Shown one piece after another: positions 24,080 through 37,759 of a stretch of DNA of 64,000 nt. The DNA comes from Carcharhinus amblyrhynchos (Eukaryota): the NCBI GenBank assembly GCA_965287045.1, contig OZ336878.1:105152001-105216000 (forward strand), read 5' to 3'. Numbering within the stretch: position 1 is the first letter of the stretch; the number at the start of each line of letters is the position of its first letter. The position numbers and the translations under genes are program-made. A model generated the notes under the pieces. It was given only the letters and a program-made list of their open reading frames with translations, did not search any database and was not told where the DNA came from.

Positions 24080-26110
24080 GTATTGGATTTGCCACTAGCA
24101 AAGTCATAAGTGTAATGAAAAGTGCTAGTGTTCTGCATCTTAATGCACGTAGTGATAAACAAATAACTCATGATACAAATCGGTAGAAGTGATATTATCT
24201 GACGGCCATTACTGAGGAATGTTAGCAAGATGATCCAATTTTTGAGATCAATATTCAGAGTTATTTGACTTCTTGGAAGGACAGACGGGATGGAAACAGC
24301 TCTGCAATAGGTCTGATGTCAAAAGAGCCAGTAAGTGCTATTCTGGCGAGCGATCAAAGTTCAATGAATGTGGTGTCGAGTTGGGTGGAAGTGAAAGAAA
24401 CAAATGATTTAGAAATAATGGTATAGTTAGTGCATGTCTCCTGAGAAGTAACCAAAATGTCTTAAAGTGTTAACGTGGAGAAATGCAAAAATATGTTCAA
24501 AGAGCTCTACCTTAATTATGATATCTTAAATTTTCGTGTAGATTTAGCTAATTAAATTAATTTTACATGATAATCAATATGATCACTTAATACAGCACAT
24601 TCACGATGGATTCTTCCAGCAATATGTTATGGAGTTATGTAGCTATCAGGTGAAGTTTAATCTGGCAATGCACAATGAGGAAGCTAAAACAAGTTTCGCT
24701 GCGATTAAATATTGTTTCGGAACTACTATAAACAACATTACGTCACTTAACATTCAGATACATTATTTAGAAACTGAGACTACAGTGTGCATGATAATTT
24801 AAAGATGAATTGCGAAGATATGGGAATACAATTTGCCAAAGTGGTCTGTTTGTATAGCTCAGGAGATAAGGCAATCGATGAGAGCAATCCAGTGAGGCAT
24901 TTCATGAATCCAGCAAAAAAAAACAATAAGGGGGAAAGAATATAGAAAGCAAAGCAACCAATAATGAATCAACAATGAATTCAACGCGGGTATTTAGACA
25001 CATGCAAAAACATATAAACTGTTATATGTTATAGAAATTGGTAGGGCAGGAAAGTGCATTAGATACAGAATACAACAAATGCGGACTAAAGATATCGTGA
25101 CAGAAAAAAATACATTACGGACAAATCTTATGGTACAAAGGGAAACTGGAAAACATTTTTTTTTAAAGTAATGTAAAAGGGAAGGAGACATAACTCTGAG
25201 AATCAGAAGAATAGCAGAGGAGTTCAAAATGTATTTTGATTCGAAAATACTGCAAGCATCGCGCATATATTTAAAAAAAAATTAAGTGGGCAATTACAAA
25301 TAGTCAAATTCACAAAAAAAAAGAGGGCAGCAACTTATGGAGGGAATATGTGAATCAGTGTTCAGACGGCAATTTCTGACAACAGTAGGAGTGAAAGCAA
25401 ATTGTAATGAAGTTCTAAACAACTTACAACGAGATGTTGATAAATTAAGTCAATAGACAAAAAAAGTGTCATATAGCACTCTATACGGGAACATTTGAGA
25501 TAGTTAATTTTGGAAGGAAGAACAAGACGGCAGGTATTGTATTAATTGAGAGAGACAACAGAACCTTTTAATGAAAAAAGAAACAAAATAGTCGTGGCTC
25601 TTTGTTCTTGAAAAATATTAAGTTAGCATACAGGTGCGTGTCTTAATAGGGAAGACGAATGGAATGCTGACTTTAATTTGAAAGTGGCAGGAGCATGAAC
25701 GTTACAAACATGGTTTGATGCAAGTATATAACATATTAATGTTGCCACATTTATAAACCTGAACCATGATTTCGCCCCTTATTTAAGGAAATACAAATTA
25801 CCAATTGGGGCGCCAAAAGGAAAAAAAAAAGCTGGGAAATCTCAGCAGGTCTGACAGTGTCTGCAGGACGAGAAAAGAGCTGACGTTCCGAGTCCAGATG
25901 ACCCTTTCTCAAAACTTTCTGTTTTGGTTTCTCTTTCTTTTACTTTCAGACTTCAGCATCCACAGTAGTTTTCACCAATTGGGGCAGTGCAAAATTCTAA
26001 GCTGGCATATGAAAATTGCTCACGAGAAAACTTTAAACAAGTTTCTGTCTTTACTCCTGGAGCATCAAATGTTTGAGAGGTGATATAGTTGAAACAAATA
26101 AAATTCATGA
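24080..26110 (+). mobile_element. Old degenerate CR1 ORF2 (endonuclease and RT C-terminal remnants)
   Basis: LHLNARS-like start (ctgcatcttaatgcacgtagt at ~24132) and later KTNGML and PYLRK-like segments. Confidence 0.7.
25800..25985. mobile_element. Short Penelope-like/MITE-like insertion with 12-bp TSD
   Basis: ACCAATTGGGGC at 25800-25811 and 25974-25985 flanks gctgggaaatctcagcaggtctgacag...tttcagacttcagcatc. Confidence 0.7.
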
Positions 26111-26854
26111 CGTTTGCATGTTGATGACCTTACAAGCCACTGAATAGGGAAGCGAGGATGGAATCTTCCATGAATAATGTATCCAGGAGATGACCCACTC
26201 ACCACGCCAACATATTCACTACACTGCTATTCTTAACCCCTTGTCACCAATCGCCTGCACTGCTTCCATAATACTCAATTCGTGTTCGAAGAAAAAAAAT
26301 GTTGTCGTTCGATTTGTCCATTTTCATGGTTGAATTGAATTGCTGACGTTCGGTGTTTTCAGGTCATGACCTCGAACCATTTGTGTGTTGTGCTTAATGG
26401 CTTCTGTTAATATTGATTCCTCCTATCTATTCATAACTCTTCTTGACATGTTTTTGTTTCTTTTCCCTAAAACGTATTTTTTTCTTGAAACATCCTCATT
26501 ATATGTAACTGCGCCCAGTCTTTTAAATGAGGAAGCAGGAATACGAGGAAAGTTGCATGTGCCACCCTTACTTTCCACAAGTCATTTGATAATGTGCTTC
26601 GTTAAAGATTATAGCAACGAATGATTTTTCTTTCAAGTGAAGGACAATGTGGGGCGTACGGAATTCATGCTAGCATATTGACATTGATTCGTGATCGACT
26701 GGCTAACGGGATCTAGGAAGCTGTCATAAACGGGTAATTTTCTAATTGATAGGAAGAGACGAATGGTGTGCCGCAGGTATCAGTGCAGGATGCCAAGCTT
26801 TTACAATTTATAAGCATAATGAGTAAACATAATGTAACTGTTGAAATTTCATAA

Positions 26855-27720
26855 ATTCATAAGATACAGGGGCAGAATTTGGCCATTGGACCATCGAGTC
26901 TGTTCTGCCATTCGATCATCTGTGTTAAGCTCCGCATCCCCATTTCCTTTAACACATTAGCAATTAAAAATCTGTCTAACTTCTCTTGAAAGTTAGACAC
27001 TGCCACAGCACCATTCGCATCTTGAGATAACAAATTCCACAGATTCACAACCCTTTGTGAGAAATCGTTTCTCCTCAACTCTGTTTTAAATTTGATACCC
27101 CTTGTCCGAGCATTATGACTTCGAGTCATACAAGAGAAAGCATCCGTTCCACCTTTAATTATCCATACATGTTATCATCTTATACAACTCAATTCTATCT
27201 CCCTGATTCTTCTCAATTTCAGGCAGTTTCGCATTAAACTGTTCAATCTCTCTTCATACCACAAACCCCTAATCTCTGGGTTGAATTTGCTGAACGCCTT
27301 CTGAACCGCCGCCCACGCCACGACATTTTTCCTCAAACACTGGGACAAAACTATGCACAATACACCAGGTGATGTTTTACTGATACCTTGGACAGTGGAA
27401 ACAGTGCATCCTTTCCTTTATATTCTACTCCTTTGGCAATGCATGCGAAAATTCTACCCACATGCCTTATTATCTTCTATACCGGCACGATAGTTTACTG
27501 TGACGCATGAACAGGACACAGAGATCCCTCTGCACCGAAGCTCACCGACTTCTCTCCGAATTTAGATAATTCGTCAACTTCCCATTTTTCCAAGCAAAAT
27601 GCATACCTCATAATTATCTATGCTAAATTCCAACTGCCATCGTTTGGCCCACTCTCCTAACCTATCTATATCCACTTGAAAGATTCCTATTAACTCATTT
27701 CAACCTACTGACCCGCCCCA
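26855..27720 (-). mobile_element. Degenerate CR1 3' fragment
   Basis: ORFs 26857-27129 (FKTELRRNDFSQRVVNLWN) and 27175-27360. Confidence 0.9.
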
Positions 27721-27999
27721 GTTTGGCAACACAACTACAGTTAGTGAAATTATGACTGTATCTTTGGTCCAAGGACCCAGTGTCATGCTCAAAGGACAAA
27801 TTTCCAAATCCTAATTTACAGATAACAGAATTTCAATTCAATATTAATCTGCATTTAAAAAGACTAATGTTGACCAGGAACCACTGACAAAAAAAAACTA
27901 ATTCCGTAATGTCCTTTAGGGAAGGAACTTTGTGACTTTGTCAATTCCGGCTTACACGCGACTCCTGGCGCTCCGCAATGAAGTCGAATCTTAATTGTC

Positions 28000-29900
28000 T
28001 ATTGGAATGGCCGAACAAGCCTTTGGACCTCAATCAGGCCGTGCTCAGGATTATCCAACCAACATATCACCAATATGTCTCCTGTTCCACCAGATGCACA
28101 GATATCCCGGACTTCTGCTATACAAACGTGAAGCATTCTTACCGTTCTATTGCCCATCCAGGCATTGGCAAATCAGACCACAGGGTTGTGCTGCTGCTTC
28201 CGACTTAAAAACAACTAAACCGAGAGGATCCATCAAAAAAAACATTTCATGTTGGTCTGCGGAATCGGATAGCGTCCTGCTTGTCTGCTTAGTGTTAGCA
28301 GATTGGTCAGCTTTTAAATGCACTGCGACCATCATGAACGGGAATGCCATGCGCGAAACTCCCTTTCGTAGCAAGTGCGTAGAAGCAAATCCGTGTATCT
28401 CCCAACCAGAAACTATGGGTGAACATAGATATCCTCTGATTGCTGAAGTCCACGTCTGAAACGTTCGAGTCTGGCGACTCTGTGTTTTACAAAAAGAAAG
28501 TCACATGAAAGCTAAGGAGATACATTACATACGTCAAAAAACGCAGCGGGACCAAATTAGAGTCCGAAGCTAGCCACAGGGGCCCCCGATGACCATGGAA
28601 AAGACTGAAAAATATAACGGACTACAAATATATAAAGTCGCCGGAACCTGGTGAGCTTAATGCATTCAATATCCGTTTTGTGCAAGAGGTCACCGAGAGC
28701 ACGCCTTTCACCCCGGAATCCCTGGATGAACTTTTATTGGAGGTCACCGTTTGCAGATGTCAGGGCATACCGCTCGAAGTCCACACCAGGAAAAGTGACT
28801 GACCCGGCTAGGATATCAGGACGTACGCTGTACGGAGCAACTGGCCGGGTATCTGAGATATCTTCAACCTCTCTTTACAACAATCTGAGGTCCATGTTTG
28901 CTTTAAGAAGGTAATCATCATTCAGGGACTAAAGAAAAGCAGAATGTCTCAGTGAAAATCGGCGGGTGACTCTGACGTGAATCATTATGAAGTGTTTGAA
29001 AGATTAGTCATGGTGCGATCCACTTTCACTCTTCCCAGCAGATTGCCTGGATCCACTACAATTCGCCTGCTCACGCAAAAAGGCCACAAGTGATGTAACC
29101 TCCTGGCCCTGCCATCAACCCAGGAACATCGAGATAACAAAGAACTATTTCAAACTCTCTCCTACTTATTGAATACAGCTCAGTCCTCAACATGATTATT
29201 CGGACCAAACTCATCTCCAAACCCATGGCCCTGGGATCGGCTCCTCTGACCACAATAGCTATTCTTCACTGTCAATAAATCGAATGAGAAAATTATTGGC
29301 TTCTGGAAGCATAGTGGATGGCATACCCCTGCCTCTATCAATGGGACGAAGGAGAAATAGTCAAAAAACTTCAGGTTTTTAAGTGTCGAGGTCACCAACA
29401 ATGCATCCTGATCCCTCTATGTGGATGGTATAGTTAAGAAAGCCCATCTCTGTATTTTCTCAGAGGGCGAAGGAATTCGGCCTGGCTGTTACCAAAGCTC
29501 CAAAATAATATTCTTTTTTCTATCACAGTTTGGTATGGCTCTTGTTCGTCCCAAACTCGCAAGAAAGCACAACGTTCGTACAGAGAAGTCCGTCACTTAA
29601 AACCAACCTCCCAATCATTGCCACTGCCCACATTTCACATTGTCTCAAAAAAAAATAGCCAGCATAGTTTCGGGCGTAATTGTTTCTCCTTATTCCGTCT
29701 AACTGAAACATAAAATTCTGAAGACATGTAGCATCCAAGTCAAGGGTAGCTTCTTCCGTAATGCAATCCGAAATTGAGTGGACCTCGGTTGATTTTTCTC
29801 TGCACCCTAGCTATGAGTATAACATTGCATTCCTTCGTTCTCTATGAATCGTGCTCTTCGTCTGTATAGTGCGCTAGGTGCATTGCTTTTTCAGTGCATA
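28000..29900 (+). mobile_element. Degenerate Rex1/Babar-like LINE ORF and 3' end
   Basis: YRSIAHPGIGKSDHRVVLLLP (ORF 27978-28208), ELNAFN, IIMKCFERLV (~28980) and LDPLQFA (~29047) motifs, which resemble Rex1-clade RT. Confidence 0.8.
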
Positions 29901-29989
29901 TTAACACCTGCAGCAAAAATAAATTAAATCAGTGCCATTTAAATCAAATATTATCAAGTGCATTATCAACTGTGCAAATATATTTTCTA

Positions 29990-30858
29990 GTAAGCGACGC
30001 AGACATCCCATGAATTAATGAAAATGGTCAAAACTAAATGATGACTAAATCCTAAGACGGTTACTGAAGAGCGTGAGTTGGTAAAAATCAGACAGATGGA
30101 GAATGTTTGCAAATGAGAAGTGATGCAGTTTGGCGGGAGGAATAAAAAAACATTTTATTTAATGCCGAATGCTTGTACAACTATAAGGTGCGGAATGATC
30201 TGTGTATCCTGCTACACAAATCACAAATCACTTGCAGCCATGTGCAGCATGCCAGGAAGAAAGATGATAGAACGTTACAGTTTGTCACAACAGGAATTTT
30301 CTTCAAGCGTAGGGAGGTTATGCTTCATTTTATTGGGCTGAGAATAGATCTGCTGTACTATTTATAGTGTTGGTTCACTTATGTAAGGAAACATGTAAAC
30401 GCTTCAGAAGCAGTTCAGCAAAGATTAATTGGAATGATTTCAGGAACATGCAGGTTATCAAGCAAGAACACATTGGAAAAGGGTTAGATTTCTATTCAGT
30501 AGAGTCTATTAGACTGAAAGGGAATTAGGTGTACTATTTACAATTGATGCAATTTTGACAGGTTGAATGTATTGTTTAATCTGAGTAACCGGAGTCGCTT
30601 TTAAAATTAGAGATGAGGAGATCCTATTTTCTCTAAGAGTTGTGAGCCTCTGACATTCGCTTTCTCAACTGCCGTGGAAGTCGTGTCTTTGATTTTTACT
30701 TAAAGGCAAAGCTAGGTAGATTCTTGTGTAATGTAGGCAGAAATGCAGGAGTGTGAGGATGAAGATTCAATCAGATCAGCCATTATATCATTTAAGAGTG
30801 GTGTAGACCCAGCCGGCAAAATGCCGGCTCCTAATCCTAATTCATATGGTCGTATGTT
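29990..30858 (+). mobile_element. Degenerate CR1 3' fragment
   Basis: RT C-terminal remnants and tail ctcctaatcctaattcatatggtcgtatgtt; possibly continues the fragment at ~26640-26810. Confidence 0.75.
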
Positions 30859-31077
30859 GGCAAACTAGTTCTCGACGGACAGGAGCAGAAACATATTGCG
30901 GTGCGCAAACGACTGATAGCTACGTACTTTAGCGAAAGCGGAGTCACAGAAATACCCTGCCTTTGAAGTTGGGTTTACATTAATTAAAGTAAAACAAATT
31001 CCCTTATGCATTACGTAGTTTGAACTCATAATTCATGAAGTATTGTCCAATGGTTAGTATTGTACTATCTTACTTAC

Positions 31078-31104
31078 TGCTCATTTGAAGAAGCTTTTTG
31101 CACT
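31078..31104 (-). CDS. Micro-exon E11 (27 nt, phase 1-1): (E)CKKLLQMS
   Basis: tttttcttctcattag|AGTGCAAAAAGCTTCTTCAAATGAGCA|gtaagt; paralog of E7 and E3 with synonymous differences in this frame. Confidence 0.88.
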
Positions 31105-33182
31105 CTAATGAGAAGAAAAATCTTACATAAGAAAATGTCACGATAAGCAATTAAAGACGATTTGAAGGATCCAGCGTTTAAGTTATAATGCCTAGCTTAT
31201 AATAAATAAAAACGTGATACGAGCAAATTTTTTAATTAACCAAAATTAAATATTCTCAGGCATCATTATTTTATGTGTTATATATTTCGAAATTTGCATA
31301 ATTTGCAAAGTGCTTCTGAAGAATGCGAAATGTCTCTGTGCTTTTGCGAAGGAACAGCATGCAATTGCATATTCTATCCAGATGATATCCTTAACCTGAT
31401 GATCCTAACGCACAACTTGTGTTAAATTTCTTAAGGTTCCTGAAGATTCTTCCATCCGGAGTTTTTTTTTTGACGTATGAACAGAAATCAAATAAATGTT
31501 AAATTAGGTGGCAAATAGCAATTAAGTCTTAATGGGTATTTGAATCTCAACACGAATGCTGTGAGTAACATAGTTTTCGTGGGAAATTGACTGATAGTAG
31601 TTGGCAGGAAATTGGAGTAGTGATCACAATTTAACCGAATTGCACACCAGTTTTGAAGGTCATATGTAATTAAAGTGCTGCAATTTGTTGAGATCTAAGT
31701 CTTAAACGATTTTCTGCAAGGAAGGATTTTTTTTTTTGTATTACGTCCTCAGGAATGGATTAGTAATATAGAAGGGCGAGGTAAAATGCACTTCTTCCGG
31801 AGTTGTCTTCCTGATCCTATGGCAAATCGGCAGTGTTTCAAATTCCACCAGCAGCCATCAAGGCAAAAGATCCTGAAATTTAGCATCAATCCCAACGTGA
31901 TATCATTACATATTCGTTGATACAAATTTCATGCAGAGTTTCTGCCACGCCGGCTCCGTCAGTGTCCTCCCGCTCCTTCTAATGTTTGTGACGATATGTG
32001 TAGTGCACGTATGTTCGTCCTGTAGTTTCGTATTTGCATGCTGATTGTCGAGACTCCAGTTTATTTTCATCACAACGCTCATCAGAAATATTTCCTGCTT
32101 TGCCATGCGTACTGGTGTTGCTGAAGTGTTCATATGTTAGCAGTTAATCTGTGTTACCGCATTATTACCATCAAATCAATGGGATTTAGATCAGGAGTTC
32201 CAGGCCTAAAGGTTAGCAGAACAAAGCTGCAATAGAAGACTTCCACAGCAAATACGCGAAAGGCCCTTTTCAGTTAGTTTGCAAAAGAATCGCGAAATTT
32301 ACCCAGTAAGTAAGGATGAACATAAAGTAAAAAAAAAATTGAGTGGCACGTGGGTTTCCATTGGAACCTAATTCGGCGAGAGAATCAGCGGACAGAGTTG
32401 AAATTAAAGGGCCGACTCAAATTACCTCTATCTTAAGTCAAAAAAAAAGTGTTAAAGTAATATGGCGCCATTTAGGAATGAGTGCAAAGCCTATCTGGCA
32501 ACGACAAGGCAATCTGTTCTTATTAATTATGCGAGAAAGTTTACATGGTGTAATTCTAAATAAAAGTTGAACTGATAACAAGAAATAACTCAAAATCAGT
32601 ATGGATTTGATAACAGGAAATTATGTGTGAATTGCTTCATTGAAATCCCTTTTGGTTGTTTAACAGTGACTTCACGTGGTATTCGGTTACTTTCCCCAGT
32701 TAAATCAGCACGTTTCGATGTCATCTGAAATATGCCAATGCCTAAAGTTGATTCCGAAAGTGTGGGACCGTTTTTCATTTATGGATGTGTATTCGTGTCT
32801 CGCTTGACTCTCCTGGAATCGACGAGTATGTAGCACGCCCACCGTCACCCTTCCAGAATTATCAGCAGAGAGCTGAAGGAGGGAGCCTACAGTGTAAACC
32901 GGCGTTGCTGAAACTGCACCTACATCTGTACTGGGATCGATTGTGTGTAGTTTATCTATCCTGCAATAAATCACCGCTGTGATTAGTCGCCGTCTCGATG
33001 TGAAACTTTGTCCTTCAGTAAAGAGTATTCAAGGACATGCGGAACATGTCTATAATGGGGTTTCAATAATGCAGCTGAAATTATGGCATTATTATAAAAT
33101 TCTCCGTTTAATTATGGTATATTATATTTTTTCTCTACGTCATCATCCCTTATGCCTGACATGAATACATGGACATACGTAC

Positions 33183-33212
33183 CTATGAATTCTTCTTGCT
33201 GTGTGCCTGCGA
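33183..33212 (-). CDS. Micro-exon E10 (30 nt (I)AGTQQEEFI, or 24 nt 33183-33206 (S)TQQEEFI)
   Basis: ttttcttacgttctag|TCGCAG|GCACACAGCAAGAAGAATTCATAG|gtacgt; two in-frame acceptors; same gtacgta donor as E6. Confidence 0.78.
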   Translation of the reverse strand, partial: SQAHSKKNS

Positions 33213-33515
33213 CTAGAACGTAAGAAAATCATGAGAAAAATAAAAACAAAACATGCAGAACATTTTTCCCCCGATCAATGTAACTATATGAAAAATGTAA
33301 GCAAAAAGATGTTCCCTATAGCAATTAGTAAACACGTCAGTCCAACAATAATGCCTTTAGAATAGTGAATATCACAAAGTCAACAACATCTCCTTGGCAA
33401 CCTGTTTGGTGCTCTTCCACGCAAGTTAACATTCCCATAATAGTAATTCATACATCGTATTCTTTGAAAATACGTTTCCTAAACCCACAATGAAACTGGA
33501 AAATCTGCGACTTAC

Positions 33516-33542
33516 TTGTAACTTGTTCTTTGGATAGTTTTT
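33516..33542 (-). CDS. Micro-exon E9 (27 nt, phase 1-1): (E)KLSKEQVT
   Basis: ttttctcttatatctacag|AAAAACTATCCAAAGAACAAGTTACAA|gtaagt. Confidence 0.8.
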
Positions 33543-34149
33543 CTGTAGATATAAGAGAAAATCAGAAGTTTGCCGAGAACAATGTGACAACAGAACATTA
33601 ATCTGTACTGACGAGTTTACCAATTTTTAGTGACACCCTTATTCACGATGTTGTCAGAATGAACATTGTGCATAAGGTTGGTTGCCAAGGAAAACAATAC
33701 GACTTGGAAAGATTGCATAAATTGTCTTCATTCAAACTATCAAACACATTTCGTCTTAAAATATTGCCAGTAAGATTAGTGCAGCTCTGCGTATTGATGT
33801 TCATTAAAGCAGCAACATATGTTTTGTTCAGGCAGCAAACACGCAAATTGACTGTTCGCGAATGTAATTTGCTAATGCAGATAAGTGAAGGTTTCCTAGG
33901 GTTAAGGAGTATACTGCAGATAAATGTTAAAGGCGAACTAAGCAAGTTAATGTTGGAAAATCAAAAAATATCAAGATAAATTTCAGAAAAAAAAGTATAT
34001 ATTTTTCAGTTAACAAATCTCACCAGCGTCCGACAATTTTGTTTTCAGGCTCATAATTTCTTAAAAACAAAGTCAGTATGCATATCACATGTTAGAAACT
34101 GTGAAGGAGGTTTGCGTGTTCTGACATGAAAACAACAAAATAAAAGAAA

Positions 34150-34302
34150 ATGTTAGCAGGTCTGACAGCATTTGTGGAGAGTGAGGCTGCGTCAATATTT
34201 CATGATTCATATTTTATAGGGCGCATCGGAAGTAGTTAAATAAGAACACAAGGTGTTTAATATATTTTTGTCTCAACAGATGCTACTAAACCTGCTAACG
34301 TT
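34150..34302. mobile_element. Inverted-repeat (MITE/Penelope-like) remnant
   Basis: gttagcaggtctgacagcatttgtggaga pairs with tctcaacagatgctactaaacctgctaac; the arm resembles the element at 25830. Confidence 0.65.
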
Positions 34303-34879
34303 TTACAATGCTTTCTGTTTTAAACAAAGAGAAAAGTTGTGCCACTGTTCAATGATTTTGAGATACATTAATCCTGTAGTGGTCGTTATAAAACTTTCAT
34401 GAAATTTTCATTCATTTGAAGAGTCCAAACTTCCGCTTGGAAATAATCATTTTATTAATTTATAGAAAAAAATATTCGGAATAAAACGTCAAGCTGTTGT
34501 TTTTCAACATAACATTATCCTGAACGAAAATAAAATAGAGTTCATCAACTTTGCTGCTTACATTATTGTTCACTTATTCTAGAACGCAAACATTTAACAC
34601 CAACAAAATACGCATATCATGGCTTGTTGCAAACCGATTTTGAATTTTGTTGCATAATCAATGCAACAGTTCAATTATGAATGCAAAAATTGAAATGTAG
34701 CATATATTTCACATTTAAAGCAACTTAATAACCGTCCATGTACTAAATTTACTTTTCGATGTTTTGAGCAGGTGTAAAAGAACGTGTTTATGTTCCAGTT
34801 TCTGCACATGCATAATATTGCACTGCACTATGCTTGCAGCTAAATTTATTTAAGCTGAATTCCCGTTTATATTAATTAA

Positions 34880-35835
34880 TTTGTAAAAAAAACTTCTGCA
34901 CCTTTATTGGACAAAAATTACACTATTGAACCTCTTAAAATTTATCAGATCATGACCAAAAATGTTGTTGGACAATGAGAGAGATAGATAGTGGTAAGTC
35001 TGTGTGTTCGAAAAATAGAGTGATGACAATCTTTCACTGCGAGAGAGTATGTTTGCATGGTAAAAAGTGCATGAAGACTGGACAGAAATATTTAGGTTAA
35101 TTGAACGGAAACATACCTGTCAAAATATGTTACAAGTCAGAGAATGCGAAATTGCCTATTTTCAGGAAGAATCGGCATAAGCACAGCATCAAATAAGTGA
35201 GAAATTTCAGATCTCGAAAGGCAGAATGACCTGCTTAACCCAATACATTAAATGCAATTACAGTGCCAGTAGAGCACGTATTTAGGAAAGCTTAAGCAAT
35301 ATTATCGGCTTTTTCTGAGTAGCACTGAAAATAGAAGTAGAGCGAATGAGCTTCAATGGTTCAGGTGGTCAATGGGAACCATTTTGGATGACAACATATT
35401 GTGCATGGTCACGTTATTTAATGAAGGATATAAAAACCGTGGAAGCAATTCACCGATGTTTTATCGTCTTATTAGGAAAGGAGGGACACGCTCGCCTTCA
35501 ATCTGTCGGTGACCATCATAAAATAAGTGAACTGACTGGGTATATAAGTTTCTGAGTCGTCTAGATAAGGTGCAGTTAAAACAGATTTTTCCATTTATGG
35601 GGTAATCTAGAATTAAGATCCGTAGTTCGTCATTTAAAAAAAAACAGATGAATCGTTCGTTTCTTTCTCGCAAGTTGTCATGAGATTTGCTTCAACTGTT
35701 CCTGAAAAGATGATGCAAATAGACCTTTGAAAAAGATTACTCCTGGTAGAGTGAACAGAGCTGTGGTAAGCAAGGTGTGTTTAGATTATCGTTGTTACCC
35801 GATTTGAATACAGGACCGAATACAAGGCTTGAATA
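34880..35835 (+). mobile_element. Old degenerate CR1 3' fragment
   Basis: YCAWSRYLMKDIKTVEAIHRCF (ORF 35346-35555) aligns with the CR1 RT C-terminus. Confidence 0.7.
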
Positions 35836-35977
35836 CCGACTTCAGGGTAGGATCAAAACAGCTACGCCCGGATCAAACTGGAGGGTCTGCCGGTCCTTCT
35901 GCTGCCGACCTTCCCGCTTCTTTATTGCAAGCTGTGAGCTTAGCTGATTGCAATAGACGCGTGTGGAGATTACATAC

Positions 35978-36004
35978 CAGAATCTTTTTGCAATAATTGT
36001 CTCA
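35978..36004 (-). CDS. Micro-exon E8 (27 nt, phase 1-1): (M)RQLLQKDS
   Basis: ctttgattttcag|TGAGACAATTATTGCAAAAAGATTCTG|gtatgt. Confidence 0.88.
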
Positions 36005-36901
36005 CTGAAAATCAAAGGGGCAAACAGTTTATTTGTTTCCACACGTTGTCATGCATTTTATTTTACAAACTTTAATTGACACTGTAACATCAAACCAAGT
36101 AGAATAGATTAGTTGTACACAGACGAGCTCTCTCATTGCGGTCAAAGGCTGGACGCCGACTCAATGGTTAGCATTGAAGGCTCTTGCGCTAGGGGCTCCA
36201 GCTTCAATTCAGGCCGTATGTGGAAATTATATATGCTGCCCGTGCCTGCCTGGGTTTCCAACGTACATGGATATGATGTCCTGACAGAGAATCAATGCGA
36301 ACACGATGGACAGAAGGGAGTATTCCTACTCTATTCATCTGCAGAAGGTCAGCTGCGCCCAGCAATACTACTTTCCGTTGAACTGAGCTGCTTGATGACA
36401 ATTTCAGAGTTCTTAGTTCAGTTTGTACTCTTTACAGTGAACATCTCTTTCAGTCAACATGATGTGTGTTTCTTTGAAACAACTCCTGCAAAGAGCAATC
36501 ACTTTTATGTTTCAATTCCACAGCAATTGATATTTTTGAGGCATCATAAAAGAAAAATTGGCACTGAAACAGGATATCGTTTATCTCATGTGAATACCAA
36601 GAAAATTTCAAGAACACCAAGAAATACCAAGAAAAAACTAGGACAAATCGTTCTGGGCCCTCAAACGTCGAATATTAGAATGCTGGGGAGAAGGGGTAAG
36701 TGAGATAAACGTTGAGGTGCCAGCGAGGGAAGACCACAGAAGGAAACAATTCTTTGTGAGTTTAGAAATAGGGTTTATTTTTATTTAGATAAACGTGAGA
36801 CTTTAGACATTGATTTGCATATATGAAAGGCAGAAATGTTTGATGTGCTTCAAGGGTAATTTTAAAAAATCATAAATCCAGCCAATGGTCTGCAGGTTGA
36901 C

Positions 36902-36972
<71 letters not shown>

Positions 36973-36975
36973 CAG
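36902..36975. repeat. (AGAT)n microsatellite
   Basis: About 17 tandem AGAT units. Confidence 0.97.
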
Positions 36976-37722
36976 ATTAGCTGACCTGCTCGTACAGGCA
37001 AAAGAGATAGCGTGTAGTTATTGCCGATTTGTGTCTTCAATCAGCAAAGCAAAAAAAGTGTTCCTCTGGATAGCGTATTCTGCACTTTGGGAAAGAGAGC
37101 AACATTACAAATGGGTCGCTCATAACAATATTTATCCCTATAATATGATGTAAATTATTTAATTCCTGAACGTTGGTTCATCTGGCAAAACCAGGAAACA
37201 CAATTAAGATGGCTTGCAAAGATTCTTGATTGAAAAGCATGATGCTTCATAACGAATAATCATCGTGGGACTGTTCAGGTTCCATTTAATGATTCATGTG
37301 GAAAGCAAACGCATTGCTCAGTCTGCGGCAACCTGCAAAACGTTGATGCAACACTGCATTTGCTGAAAAAGATACAATTTCATAATGCCTAGTTTGTGTA
37401 CACAAAAACGAAGATTGCTTGCTGAACATGCCTTGTCTCGAATGGTGGTCGTGGGAGCTGCAATATCGATAGAACTGACTGCCAAATTATCATCACAATT
37501 TTGTGCAGGAATGAAAATCCACTATTTGGAAATACCCACAAATGTCAAAACAACAACGCGTATCTCAGGAATATGTGAAAATGGCTCATTCAGCGAGTGA
37601 ATGCTGGGGCAAGGATTGCGGCAAATGGTGGCAGAGTGCAAGTCTTGAGCGATGACTGTTTCCCTGAGGATAACATTCAAAATAAGCAGATGAAAAAGAA
37701 ATTGGTTGCGATAAATGAAATT

Positions 37723-37724
<2 letters not shown>

Positions 37725-37756
<32 letters not shown>
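37725..37756. repeat. (TA)n microsatellite
   Basis: About 16 TA units. Confidence 0.97.

Positions 37757-37759
<3 letters not shown>

Noticed and set aside
36113-36703. 196-aa plus-strand ORF
   Set aside because: It overlaps a degenerate SINE and has no recognisable domain; likely a chance ORF antisense to an intron.
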